This document shows positions 1-7,808 of a stretch of 64,000 bases of DNA, piece after piece. This DNA is from a virus, in IMG/VR virus record IMGVR_UViG_3300037461_000951, positions 47,067 through 111,066 of that record, one strand, 5' to 3'. Within the stretch, counting starts at the first letter, position 1, and each line of letters opens with the position of its first letter. Made by a program: the position numbers and the translations under genes. The notes under the pieces were generated by a model, which did no database searches, was not told the DNA's origin, and saw only the letters and a program-made list of their open reading frames with translations.

Positions 1-432
1 AAACTTATGAAACGCTCGCTGTAAGCCGTACTTCACCTGTTTAGATAAAGGTTGTTTTTTATCAGCCCAATACAGCGATAAAAATTCAGCCAATTCATCG
101 GCACGTTGTACTGTGTTGAAGATAGTATCACCTACCAAACGTCCAGATGCTTTGGGATGACGACACAGCTCTCGTGCTAACAACAATGAAGCGTGACGAA
201 TCCGGTACTGTGTTCTGGCTTCAATAGCTAAAGCAGCTACATCTTTCGGATCACACTTGACAACTAATTCTTTAATACGAGTTGCAATATCTTGACCGGA
301 TTCATAAAATTGATCTTCCCACAATAAACACGCCAATACAGCACGACGTAATTCTTTTATGGGAGTTAATGGAATAGCAGGAGCACCTTCATGAGTGAAG
401 GTGGTGCATTTAGCTTTGGTATTGAGTTGCAT
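1..432 (-). CDS. rsr: TROVE-domain Ro60-like RNA-binding protein, N-terminal part (runs off window)
   Basis: Not in the ORF track. Manual translation from ATG 432: MQLNTKAKCTTFTHEGAPAIPLTPIKELRRAVLACLLWEDQFYESGQDIATRIKELV...VAALAIEARTQYRIRHASLLLARE...VQRADELAEFLSLYW...PLSKQVKYGLQRAFHKF. These motifs are typical of bacterial Ro60; Y RNA-like units lie directly upstream. Confidence 0.9.
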   Translation of the reverse strand, partial: MQLNTKAKCTTFTHEGAPAIPLTPIKELRRAVLACLLWEDQFYESGQDIATRIKELVVKCDPKDVAALAIEARTQYRIRHASLLLARELCRHPKASGRLVGDTIFNTVQRADELAEFLSLYWADKKQPLSKQVKYGLQRAFHKF

Positions 433-480
433 TACAAGACCTCACATGAATCACAACATGTAAGGACAAACAGTGAAAGT

Positions 481-608
481 TCGGGAAACAAGCGAAAACA
501 GTAACGTAGGCGCTCTACCGACTGAGCTACATTCACCGAAATGAATGACCAGACTCGAACTGGCGACATCCCGCTTAAATGGCGAAGTAACTGTTCTCTA
601 CACCACGA
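481..608 (-). ncRNA. YrlA-like Y RNA with permuted tRNA-like domain (unit 1)
   Basis: Minus strand: closing stem CGTGGTGTAGAGAACAGTTACTTC...ACTGTTTTCGCTTGTTTCCCG. T arm GCCAG-TTCGAGT-CTGGT, loop-closed acceptor stem CATTCAT-TTCG-GTGAATG, then D arm GCTC-AGTCGGTA-GAGC. Confidence 0.85.
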
Positions 609-620
609 AAATCGTGTTTG

Positions 621-745
621 TCCGGGAAACAAGCGTTAACGGTACAAAACTCGCGCTCTACCAACTGAGCTACACACTTTGCAGTGTGACCAGATTTGAA
701 CTGGTGACATCGAGTTCCAGAAGTAACCGTTAACTACACCACAGA
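621..745 (-). ncRNA. YrlA-like Y RNA with permuted tRNA-like domain (unit 2)
   Basis: Same scaffold with compensatory change AACGGT/ACCGTT. T arm ACCAG-TTCAAAT-CTGGT, acceptor CACACT-GCAA-AGTGTG, D arm GCTC-AGTTGGTA-GAGC. Confidence 0.85.
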
Positions 746-752
746 AAAACTA

Positions 753-829
753 TTGGGGGAAAAGTTAATTACAGTGTAATCGAGGTCGCTTGCAAAGCAA
801 ATGAAGTAACTGTAATCTACACCACCCAA
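753..829 (-). ncRNA. Short Y RNA-like unit 3 (no tRNA domain)
   Basis: Shares the GTGGTGTAG..ACAGTTACTTC 5' motif and an ATTACAGT/ACTGTAAT stem; closed by TTGGG/CCCAA. Confidence 0.7.
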
Positions 830-839
830 AATCAAATCG

Positions 840-899
840 TCCGGGGAACTGGCGTTAACAGTATCTTTTAGCCGAAGTAACTGTTAACTACACCACGGA
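840..899 (-). ncRNA. Minimal Y RNA-like unit 4 (no tRNA domain)
   Basis: TCCGTGGTGTAGTTAACAGTTACTTC...ACTGTTAACGCCAGTTCCCCGGA; same motif, 9-bp stem. Confidence 0.7.
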
Positions 900-957
900 T
901 AAGCCAGTTTACTACTTATCAAGTACCCCGTCAAGTGTTTGTTGGGGTGCGTGTTGG

Positions 958-1254
958 TTATACCTTAGTAAATATTGCTGGTTTTTCAGCAGCACCTTGT
1001 TTACCTTCTGCTTGAATTCCAAAATTATAATTTGGACGTTCCATAACAGGCGTATCATCCAACACATTAATTCTGGACACATCAAACCACAGTTGTTCCA
1101 GTAGTTTGTTATCTTTATCGGTACCTGGATGGACAAGAACTTGTATACATCCATAAAGATCAAAACAAATCGAAGTAACAATACCTTCAAAATTGGTTAC
1201 TTTTTCAGTAACTCTTTTACCCAGTAAATCAAAATGTTTTTGAATGTTAATCAT
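958..1254 (-). CDS. Conserved phage hypothetical protein
   Basis: 98 aa ORF with GGAG RBS; LG..V.EKVT.F.G.VTS..FDLYGC.Q..V.P...WFD pattern recalled from phage proteins. Confidence 0.7.
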   Translation of the reverse strand: MINIQKHFDLLGKRVTEKVTNFEGIVTSICFDLYGCIQVLVHPGTDKDNKLLEQLWFDVSRINVLDDTPVMERPNYNFGIQAEGKQGAAEKPAIFTKV

Positions 1255-1402
1255 ATCAGCACATCTCCGTAATTAGTCACATGTGAATTTCTGTTTCAAT
1301 TCATTGTTCGTTCATGGTTATACCTAACTATATTGTTCAAAAATTATTATATGATTTAAAGAATGAATATTGTTTGGGCTGTAAAGGTTGAACATAACCA
1401 TA

Positions 1403-1549
1403 TCATTTAGTTCTTTGAATCAATGCAAAATTAAAGATGTCCAAACAACTGGCTAAGTAATGGGCCAGTATAAAATCTGGAGTATTGCTCCGATTTTCTT
1501 CGGAATAAATATTAATTAGTTTGGTTAATTCTTTTTCAAAGGTTTCCAT
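1403..1549 (-). CDS. Small conserved phage protein (SNTPDFILA motif)
   Basis: METFEKELTKLINIYSEENRSNTPDFILAHYLASCLDIFN; start at the internal Met of the ORF-track entry. Confidence 0.65.
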   Translation of the reverse strand: METFEKELTKLINIYSEENRSNTPDFILAHYLASCLDIFNFALIQRTK

Positions 1550-1796
1550 GAGTATTTTCCAATTGATCATTGTCAGTGCAAAGAACAAGTACTTGATATT
1601 TTATATTATCGTTATTAGTAACGAGTAGATCACATAATTCATCTGTAAATTTCGGTGCTAAAATTTTATTCAAAGCTTCTAACAATTCAGTGAACGCTTT
1701 ACGGTTGCCAACAATTTTAGCAATGTCATAAGGATGTTGCTGTGGATAAAGCATTAAATAAGATTCTTTATCTCGTTTAAAGGTTTCCATTTTCAA
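1536..1796 (-). CDS. Hypothetical protein
   Basis: Overlapping operon-like packing with neighbours. Confidence 0.55.
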   Translation of the reverse strand: MKMETFKRDKESYLMLYPQQHPYDIAKIVGNRKAFTELLEALNKILAPKFTDELCDLLVTNNDNIKYQVLVLCTDNDQLENTHGNL

Positions 1797-2097
1797 TCAC
1801 CTTTAGTAAATTAAGAGCTGAACATTTTAATATTAAATGAAAATAACCATTCTTATTGACTTTTACAATTTCACAATCTAACCAACGAATATTTTCATTA
1901 TTTGCTGAGTATTTGAATAATAGCTCATCATGGAGATGTCCGAATTTTCGAATATAATAATATTCCATGTGACCTACATACAAAACTAAATCCGGTTCTT
2001 GTTGTATTTTTTCAATATAACTTGCTTTTGTTTTTAAAATTTCATTTGCAAAATTATTAAGTATCTCAATATCTCGAGAACAATCACGTTTTTTCAT
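1777..2097 (-). CDS. Hypothetical protein
   Basis: 106 aa ORF, operon packing. Confidence 0.55.
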   Translation of the reverse strand: MKKRDCSRDIEILNNFANEILKTKASYIEKIQQEPDLVLYVGHMEYYYIRKFGHLHDELLFKYSANNENIRWLDCEIVKVNKNGYFHLILKCSALNLLKVIENGNL

Positions 2098-2272
2098 GAT
2101 TATTTCTCATATTGTTAGATGTATGAATAACAACCATCCATGCGAACCATGCAGTCGTAAAAGCAAACCATACTGCCACCCAAGACCAATAAAAGTCTTT
2201 TTCATTAAAAGCGTTTAAAAAGATTAAAAACGCAACAATAGTATGTACCCAAGCAATTAATTTATGTTTCAT
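2084..2272 (-). CDS. Small membrane protein
   Basis: MKHKLIAWVHTIVAFLIFLNAF...WSWVAVWFAFTTAWFAWMVV: two hydrophobic segments. Confidence 0.55.
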   Translation of the reverse strand: MKHKLIAWVHTIVAFLIFLNAFNEKDFYWSWVAVWFAFTTAWFAWMVVIHTSNNMRNNHEKT

Positions 2273-2285
2273 AACAAGTTTCCAA

Positions 2286-2519
2286 TTATTTTGGAGGATT
2301 CCATTTACGAGGGGCTGGATTAAATGAAGGATGTTTTTGTATGATGACTCTTTCTTGATAAATGTAGTTTCGATAATGATCACGATAATTGTGTTTATCT
2401 TTATGATAATGAAATCTATCATACTCTTTATGACACGAATCTCTTTTACAATCTCTATCGGCATAAACACTATGGGACATTAAAAGAGTTAACAACAATA
2501 ATAGTTTTGGGTATTTCAT
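2286..2519 (-). CDS. Small secreted protein
   Basis: Signal peptide MKYPKLLLLLTLLMSHSVYA followed by a His/Arg/Tyr-rich tail. Confidence 0.6.
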   Translation of the reverse strand: MKYPKLLLLLTLLMSHSVYADRDCKRDSCHKEYDRFHYHKDKHNYRDHYRNYIYQERVIIQKHPSFNPAPRKWNPPK

Positions 2520-2586
2520 AGTTAAGTTTCCATAATTTTTTCAATTTGAGAGTACAGTTTACGACATTATACCTTTTATTTTACAT

Positions 2587-4035
2587 TTAAAGTTCATCAA
2601 CAACATCTTTCACAGTTCGATAATGACCGGATTCTTTACTTTTCATTTTAGTTTTTAATCTTTTTAAAGCTACGTTACGTTGCTCTTTTATTTTTTGTTC
2701 TAGTGTTTTTAATTTATGATTGGCTTCTTCCAATAAAGTATCTTCAGCAGAAGAAAGTCTTTGTTTAGTTTTCAAATCTTCTTTAAACCAATCAAGATAT
2801 AATATAAGAATTCTTTTTTGTTCCATAAATGGTAATAAATTAAAAGATTCTTTAGCAATATCTTTAGTTAATAGAAGTTGTAATTCTGATACATTTGTAA
2901 ATTCTTTTATTAAATCTTCAAAAATTTGTTCAAATGTTTTTGTCAATTCTTCTTTATTTTTAATATGTCCATATATTATTAAATCTCTGTTATTTTCATC
3001 AATTGCATCTTCTTTACGTTTAAAATAAACAACACAATCTTGTGCTGTTTTTGAATACAAAGATATATGTATCCCTTTTCCAGTGCTGTGTGTGCCAGTT
3101 TGACCTTCAGGCCAGTGTCCAAATAAACAATCTAATTTTGTTTTAACAGCGGGATTTTTTATAAAATTAATATATTCTCGATATTGCTGATATGAAATTT
3201 TATCAGCTTCATTGGGTACAAAATCTTTTGGTAACATTCCTTGACATTTTAACCAGTTAATACTCCAATCACAATATAATCCCGTATCAAAAAATAACGA
3301 ATGTAAGCATTGATTGACTTCTTTTTGGGTTAAAACAAATCTTATTATGTTTTGCAACCAAGGTTGATCTATTGTGATCAATTTTGATAACAATGGACTA
3401 AAGTTTAAAGTCATATCACGCTTCCACAATTCTAAGAAAGATATTTGAAAATGAACTTCAATTAAGTAATTTTTATGTTCTTCTCCATAAGATTTTACTT
3501 CATTAAAAACAGAAATTAATAAAGAATTCCATTCAGATGTAGAAGAAGCACCTTGAAATTTGTAATTGGGCTTCAATATAAAACTAGCATCACGCATTTC
3601 TCGAAGTTTATCCAGCAACCATTCTTTTGATTTATGAACATCACCTAAATCATTTAAAAGGTTTGCTGGTGAAAAAACACAACTGCGATACTCAAGACCA
3701 TCTACGATAGTAGTATGTGTTCCATATTTTTCTGGTTGGGCGAGTAAAAGATCAATAATATTTCGATGAAGTGGCGTTAAACAACCTTGTCGTAATATGG
3801 ACGTGCCATATTTGTTCATACGAACAATTGGCCTTTTCGTGGTAGCATAATGCTTATCGTCCGTTTTATTTACATGCGTAAATAACGGAATTCGATTTAA
3901 CAGCATAGTTGTGTGTGGTAAATTTTTATAACCCGTATTTGGAATAATAAATGTTTTCTTGTTAAGCGAAACGCTTTTTTTAATTGTTTTAAGATTTAAA
4001 GTGAGTCTTTCAAGTGGTAATGGGTGTCGTTTCAT
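2587..4035 (-). CDS. Plasmid-type replication initiator (TrfA/RepA-like winged helix)
   Basis: LLNRIPLFT...LTPLHRNIIDLLL...FSPANLLNDLG..HKSKEWLLDKLREMR pattern; adjacent iteron cluster and RHH gene. Confidence 0.65.
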   Translation of the reverse strand: MKRHPLPLERLTLNLKTIKKSVSLNKKTFIIPNTGYKNLPHTTMLLNRIPLFTHVNKTDDKHYATTKRPIVRMNKYGTSILRQGCLTPLHRNIIDLLLAQPEKYGTHTTIVDGLEYRSCVFSPANLLNDLGDVHKSKEWLLDKLREMRDASFILKPNYKFQGASSTSEWNSLLISVFNEVKSYGEEHKNYLIEVHFQISFLELWKRDMTLNFSPLLSKLITIDQPWLQNIIRFVLTQKEVNQCLHSLFFDTGLYCDWSINWLKCQGMLPKDFVPNEADKISYQQYREYINFIKNPAVKTKLDCLFGHWPEGQTGTHSTGKGIHISLYSKTAQDCVVYFKRKEDAIDENNRDLIIYGHIKNKEELTKTFEQIFEDLIKEFTNVSELQLLLTKDIAKESFNLLPFMEQKRILILYLDWFKEDLKTKQRLSSAEDTLLEEANHKLKTLEQKIKEQRNVALKRLKTKMKSKESGHYRTVKDVVDEL

Positions 4036-4092
4036 ACTATACTACTCCGAATGACTCATTATATGTTATCCCAAAATTTAAGGACTGTCAAC

Positions 4093-4311
4093 ATGGCAAT
4101 GTTGTACGAACGCGAACGTCATCTACAAGTCATCGTAAAAAGTGAAACAAAAAAGATTTTAAAACAATTAGCAGATGAACATAGTTGCACACTTTCCAAA
4201 TTTGCAAATCAAGTTTTGGAAGAATATATTAATAAAAATTATCCACAATTAATAAATAAGAAACAACAAATTCTTCGTAAACCATTACCAAAATGTTTTG
4301 AAAATCTTTAA
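4093..4311 (+). CDS. Ribbon-helix-helix (CopG-like) DNA-binding protein
   Basis: HLQVIVKSETKKILKQLADEHSCTLSKFANQVLEEYI has the strand-helix-helix pattern; AAGGA RBS; divergent from rep. Confidence 0.7.
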   Translation: MAMLYERERHLQVIVKSETKKILKQLADEHSCTLSKFANQVLEEYINKNYPQLINKKQQILRKPLPKCFENL

Positions 4312-4354
4312 ACTAATACTTGTGTTTGACAGATTTTGATTAAATTTTGATGTG

Positions 4355-4623
4355 ATTATTCCCCCGATTGGTTGAGTAAGATATTAAATTATTCCCCCAA
4401 TTGGTTGAGTGATTTTTTCGTTTTTAAACTGAATTACAATCATTTAGCGAAAATTAAACCAATCGGGGGAATAATTGAAAAAAGTCAACCAATCGGGGGA
4501 ATAATTTGAAGATTTTTTAATAAATTTCTTAAGCATGACTCAACCAATCGGGGGAATAATGGTCAGATCTCTCAACCAATCGGGGGAATAATTTGCTAAA
4601 ATTAAACCAATCGGGGGAATAAT
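4355..4623. repeat. Iteron cluster / putative replication origin
   Basis: 19-bp AACCAATCGGGGGAATAAT direct copies at 4457, 4487, 4542, 4574, 4605; inverted copies at ~4355 and ~4388; AT-rich spacers. Confidence 0.85.
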
Positions 4624-4754
4624 TTGGAGATTTTTGACCATTTTTGAAGAGTTTTTGTGGGTTTCCCAAGTGTTTATTCAAGTCGTAACACTCCCAAGTG
4701 TTACGACGACTTGAAGTTTCAAAAAACGAAATTATTAAAAATCCATCATCAACA

Positions 4755-4859
4755 GTCTGTCCATCGGACAGACAGCTAATGAGGAGTCTGAACGAACACA
4801 ATAACTCCCTTCTTCGAAGGTCGTATTGGTTCGTCCCGACCTCTGATTCTCATTAGCTG
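4755..4859. other. Structured element with complementary loops next to the origin
   Basis: CAGCTAATGAG/CTCATTAGCTG 11-bp helix encloses two hairpins with complementary loops; preceded by hairpin GTCTGTCC-ATC-GGACAGAC. Confidence 0.5.
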
Positions 4860-5107
4860 GCTACACTCTTTTGGTTGGACTTCGATATGGAAACTGATAC
4901 TGCATACTGTGAAAAACATCTTATAAAAATCCCATGTTTCGCATTTTTTAATATTGCGCCGCAACCCACTCATGTAATCCGTCTCACAACCCACCAAATA
5001 GTCGATTGTAGCCATTTAAATGTTTCGGGAATGACAACGTAGCGGGTCGTTATCAAAGTGGCTAAAATTGCCATTTTGGTGGCTTCCCTTCGATGTCGAA
5101 GTTTCGG

Positions 5108-5136
5108 TTGACAACGGGAGTGGTGGCGAGTATAGT
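5108..5136 (+). promoter_or_regulatory. Sigma70 promoter for small RNA
   Basis: TTGACA-17 bp-TATAGT. Confidence 0.8.
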
Positions 5137-5141
5137 GAGGA

Positions 5142-5214
5142 TGCTGTGGGGTAGTATTGCTTCACATCATGCTTAATTCTCCGTAAAGCCCGAATTGCAA
5201 GATTCGGGTTTTTT
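5142..5214 (+). ncRNA. Putative ~70-nt small RNA carrying an anti-RBS sequence
   Basis: Lies between a consensus promoter and intrinsic terminator GCCCGAAT-TGCAAG-ATTCGGGT-T-tract; G-U-rich 5' hairpin; single-stranded CATGCTTAATTCTCC; no ORF. Confidence 0.65.
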
Positions 5215-5338
5215 AATCTTGTTTAAAATGTTTCCATACATTTTTCCAAAAAAGATCTAAAGAGTTACAATGCGTCCAATAATCATCTTCGTAGCTCACA
5301 TTCCAAAAAACCCAAAGCCAGTGAATGTAAAATTTCAT
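5213..5338 (-). CDS. Small Trp-rich protein (41 aa)
   Basis: Manual translation MKFYIHWLWVFWNVSYEDDYWTHCNSLDLFWKNVWKHFKQD; GGAGAG RBS; ends at the shared terminator. Confidence 0.5.
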   Translation of the reverse strand: MKFYIHWLWVFWNVSYEDDYWTHCNSLDLFWKNVWKHFKQD

Positions 5339-5355
5339 AGTAAACTCTCCAACGG

Positions 5356-5393
5356 TTACTGGATAGTATAAATATATTTATACTATCCAGTAA
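5356..5393. repeat. Perfect 38-bp palindrome with no loop
   Basis: TTACTGGATAGTATAAATA|TATTTATACTATCCAGTAA. Confidence 0.9.
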
Positions 5394-5397
5394 AATT

Positions 5398-6015
5398 TTA
5401 AAATCTGGTTGTTAAAATATCTATCAACCAGTATTTATCGATCTTACTGAGATCGATATAATGTATGGACTCTTTTAAAAAATCTTGTATGTTTTTGGGT
5501 TGAATACGGTAATATGCAACACGTGTTTCATCATTACCCCCTTCTTTGGCAGCTTTTAAGAACTTTAAACGAATCCAGCGTTGAACAGTTCGGGGGTCTA
5601 CATTTAAGATGTGTGCTAATCCCTCTGCGGTATAGCCCACAATCGTTTCATCGCGTTCCACTTTCATTCGCCAACCATCTCGAAAACGGAACCCATCAAC
5701 GGCATCGGGTGTTCGACGGTATCCAGCTCTACGAAGAGCACGGCTGGCTTCTTCATGCGTTAGGTGGGGCATTTTACGTAGTAAAATAATTTCTGGTGCC
5801 GTCCATCGACGGACGGGGTTTTTATTGGAGATGGGTTTTAGACCCAGTTGTCTAGCTCTTTTTGTTAGTTTATCAGTTCTGCATTGCCAAATTTGGGCTT
5901 GTGTCGAGATGGCACCCAAGATATAAGGTGGGGTATACAATTCCACAATGCGGGCATCCATCTCGGGAGTAAAATTCATGGCGTGTTTCCAAGTTTGTTT
6001 GACATGAAACATCAT
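5398..6015 (-). CDS. DNA-binding protein (Myb-like repeats plus MerR/excisionase-type HTH)
   Basis: FTPEMDARIVELY / WTAPEIILLRK repeats; YTAEGLAHILNVDPRTVQRWIRLKFLKA HTH. Confidence 0.7.
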   Translation of the reverse strand: MMFHVKQTWKHAMNFTPEMDARIVELYTPPYILGAISTQAQIWQCRTDKLTKRARQLGLKPISNKNPVRRWTAPEIILLRKMPHLTHEEASRALRRAGYRRTPDAVDGFRFRDGWRMKVERDETIVGYTAEGLAHILNVDPRTVQRWIRLKFLKAAKEGGNDETRVAYYRIQPKNIQDFLKESIHYIDLSKIDKYWLIDILTTRF

Positions 6016-7808
6016 TCGTGTTCCGTTAAATGGACTCTTATTAAATTTCTGGCACTAGCGATAATCTTTTTAACGTTTTTCTCACCGATTACTCGTTGAA
6101 TTTTATCGGGATTACGAATAACATCTTGCCATGTGGTGATTCCCATGGCGGCTAGTTTTTTAGCTCTGACACCACCAATGCCCGGAAGTTGGACTAAAGC
6201 ACACAATTCGGCACTCACTCCATATCTTAAACGAATGGGAAGTATTTTGAGCATGTCGGGAATGCCCATCTTTGCAATGCCCATAATCCATGAGATCGCA
6301 CCGACAATTCTTTCAGCGTCACTTTGTAAAGGTCGGGATTGCGGAGTTGCTTTATCTCCGCATAATAAATCATGAACATCTCGACTGAGCGTGGATTGTT
6401 TTAAATACGGTCCATTTCTCCACACTTGACGAAGCGCATTGAAATATGTTTGGACGGTCGCTTCTTCACTGCGGGGAATATACGGGAGTTGCATGGAAGG
6501 TGCTGATAATCCATACGCGATGCAAAGATCGTTCTTCCATAAATTTTGGCGTTCAATATGCGAGAAACATTGCCACCAGTGGTGGACATCTTCGGGATGA
6601 AAATATAAAGTGGCGGCAACGGTTCCCAAAGCGGTAATGCTAAAGGTATTGTCGGGATTGATGACAATGGCTTTCCAGTTTTGGAGTGCGTTTAACACCT
6701 CATCAATGTGTTGCTTTTCCAGTGGACTTTGGATACTGGCTAAGGTACGGTGATACCATGTGTACATCGTATCATAATCTTTGATGACTTTATTTTTGAT
6801 CTCCGCACACAAATGAAAAGCCAGTGCATACGTATCCAATAAGGTGGAGGTGACATTGCGGGGATGGGCAACTTTTTCCTTCCATTCGGGAATATTGTCG
6901 CAAATTAAGAACACATTGCCATAAGGTGCTTTTCCAAATCTTCCAGCACGACCGGCTTCTTGAACAATGTCTAGTTCATCCACGGGTTGAATACCTCGTG
7001 CAACGCCTACTATAATTGCGTTCTGCGCAGAAGTGTTACATCCCCATGCGAGGGCTGAGGTGCTAATTAATGCGGCGATGCGATCATTATTTTCTGATTC
7101 AAATCTTTTTAATAAGTCATGACGAGTTTCAGTATCTAAATCGGCATTATAAAATTCACAAGCAATACCTAAATCTTTTAAAATAGCATCAATTCTTCGT
7201 CCCGTGTTTTTATCGTGAACAAATACGAGTGTAGATTCATTTTGATGCTCTTGCACAATTTCGATGGCTTTACGAATTTTATCATCTTGATTTTCCCAAT
7301 ATGAACCGAAGGCGTTATGGGGAATAAAATTCCAGCGAAGTTCAGTAGGTCGCCATGTGGAGTTAATAATTTCCGAAGGTTTTTTATTGAGGGTGGTGAG
7401 CCATTGTGCAAATTCTTCACAATTGGGCATGGTGGCGGACATGAACCACACTTTAGCTTGTGGTGCTATCTCACAAAAACGCATGATGGATGCTTCAATG
7501 ACATGTCCTCGACCTTCCATGGTCACTCCGTGTGCTTCATCTACCACGAGTAATTGAACATGTTTGACCCATTGATAGTGTTCACTGTAATGATTACGAG
7601 TCACACTATCTAATAATTCCGCAGTCATGATGAGGATATCAGCCGTTTCCGCTTCCTTCATCATTTCCAAACGGATTTTTTGACTGGTCAGTGTATCTCC
7701 AGTCAGTTGTAAAATCTTTTTATCTGGAAAAAGCTTACTCCAATCTTCGTATTTTTCATTGGAGAGTGCTTTAAGCGGGGCTGAGAAAATAACCTTTGCC
7801 ATAATCAT
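6012..7808 (-). CDS. Ski2/Hel308-like SF2 DEAH helicase, C-terminal part (motif Ia onward, lacks Walker A)
   Basis: APLKALSNEK (Ia), VVDEAH (II), MSAT (III), STSALAWGCN (V), QEAGRAGR (VI), ITALG winged helix, C-terminal HhH LPGIGGVRAKKL. Confidence 0.9.
   Translation of the reverse strand: MIMAKVIFSAPLKALSNEKYEDWSKLFPDKKILQLTGDTLTSQKIRLEMMKEAETADILIMTAELLDSVTRNHYSEHYQWVKHVQLLVVDEAHGVTMEGRGHVIEASIMRFCEIAPQAKVWFMSATMPNCEEFAQWLTTLNKKPSEIINSTWRPTELRWNFIPHNAFGSYWENQDDKIRKAIEIVQEHQNESTLVFVHDKNTGRRIDAILKDLGIACEFYNADLDTETRHDLLKRFESENNDRIAALISTSALAWGCNTSAQNAIIVGVARGIQPVDELDIVQEAGRAGRFGKAPYGNVFLICDNIPEWKEKVAHPRNVTSTLLDTYALAFHLCAEIKNKVIKDYDTMYTWYHRTLASIQSPLEKQHIDEVLNALQNWKAIVINPDNTFSITALGTVAATLYFHPEDVHHWWQCFSHIERQNLWKNDLCIAYGLSAPSMQLPYIPRSEEATVQTYFNALRQVWRNGPYLKQSTLSRDVHDLLCGDKATPQSRPLQSDAERIVGAISWIMGIAKMGIPDMLKILPIRLRYGVSAELCALVQLPGIGGVRAKKLAAMGITTWQDVIRNPDKIQRVIGEKNVKKIIASARNLIRVHLTEHE

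Noticed and set aside
432-733. ORFs 432-632 (-) and 545-733 (+)
   Set aside because: They overlap the structured RNA units and look like translated tRNA-like sequence.
481-745. Canonical tRNA genes
   Set aside because: T arm precedes D arm, the acceptor stem is loop-closed, and there is no anticodon loop or CCA; better explained as YrlA-like RNAs.
4355-4623. CRISPR array
   Set aside because: 19-bp repeats in both orientations with irregular 11-47 bp low-complexity spacers next to a Rep-like gene: iterons.
4773-4830. Hammerhead ribozyme
   Set aside because: CTAATGAG resembles CUGAUGA but lacks the conserved G, and there is no correctly placed GAAA.
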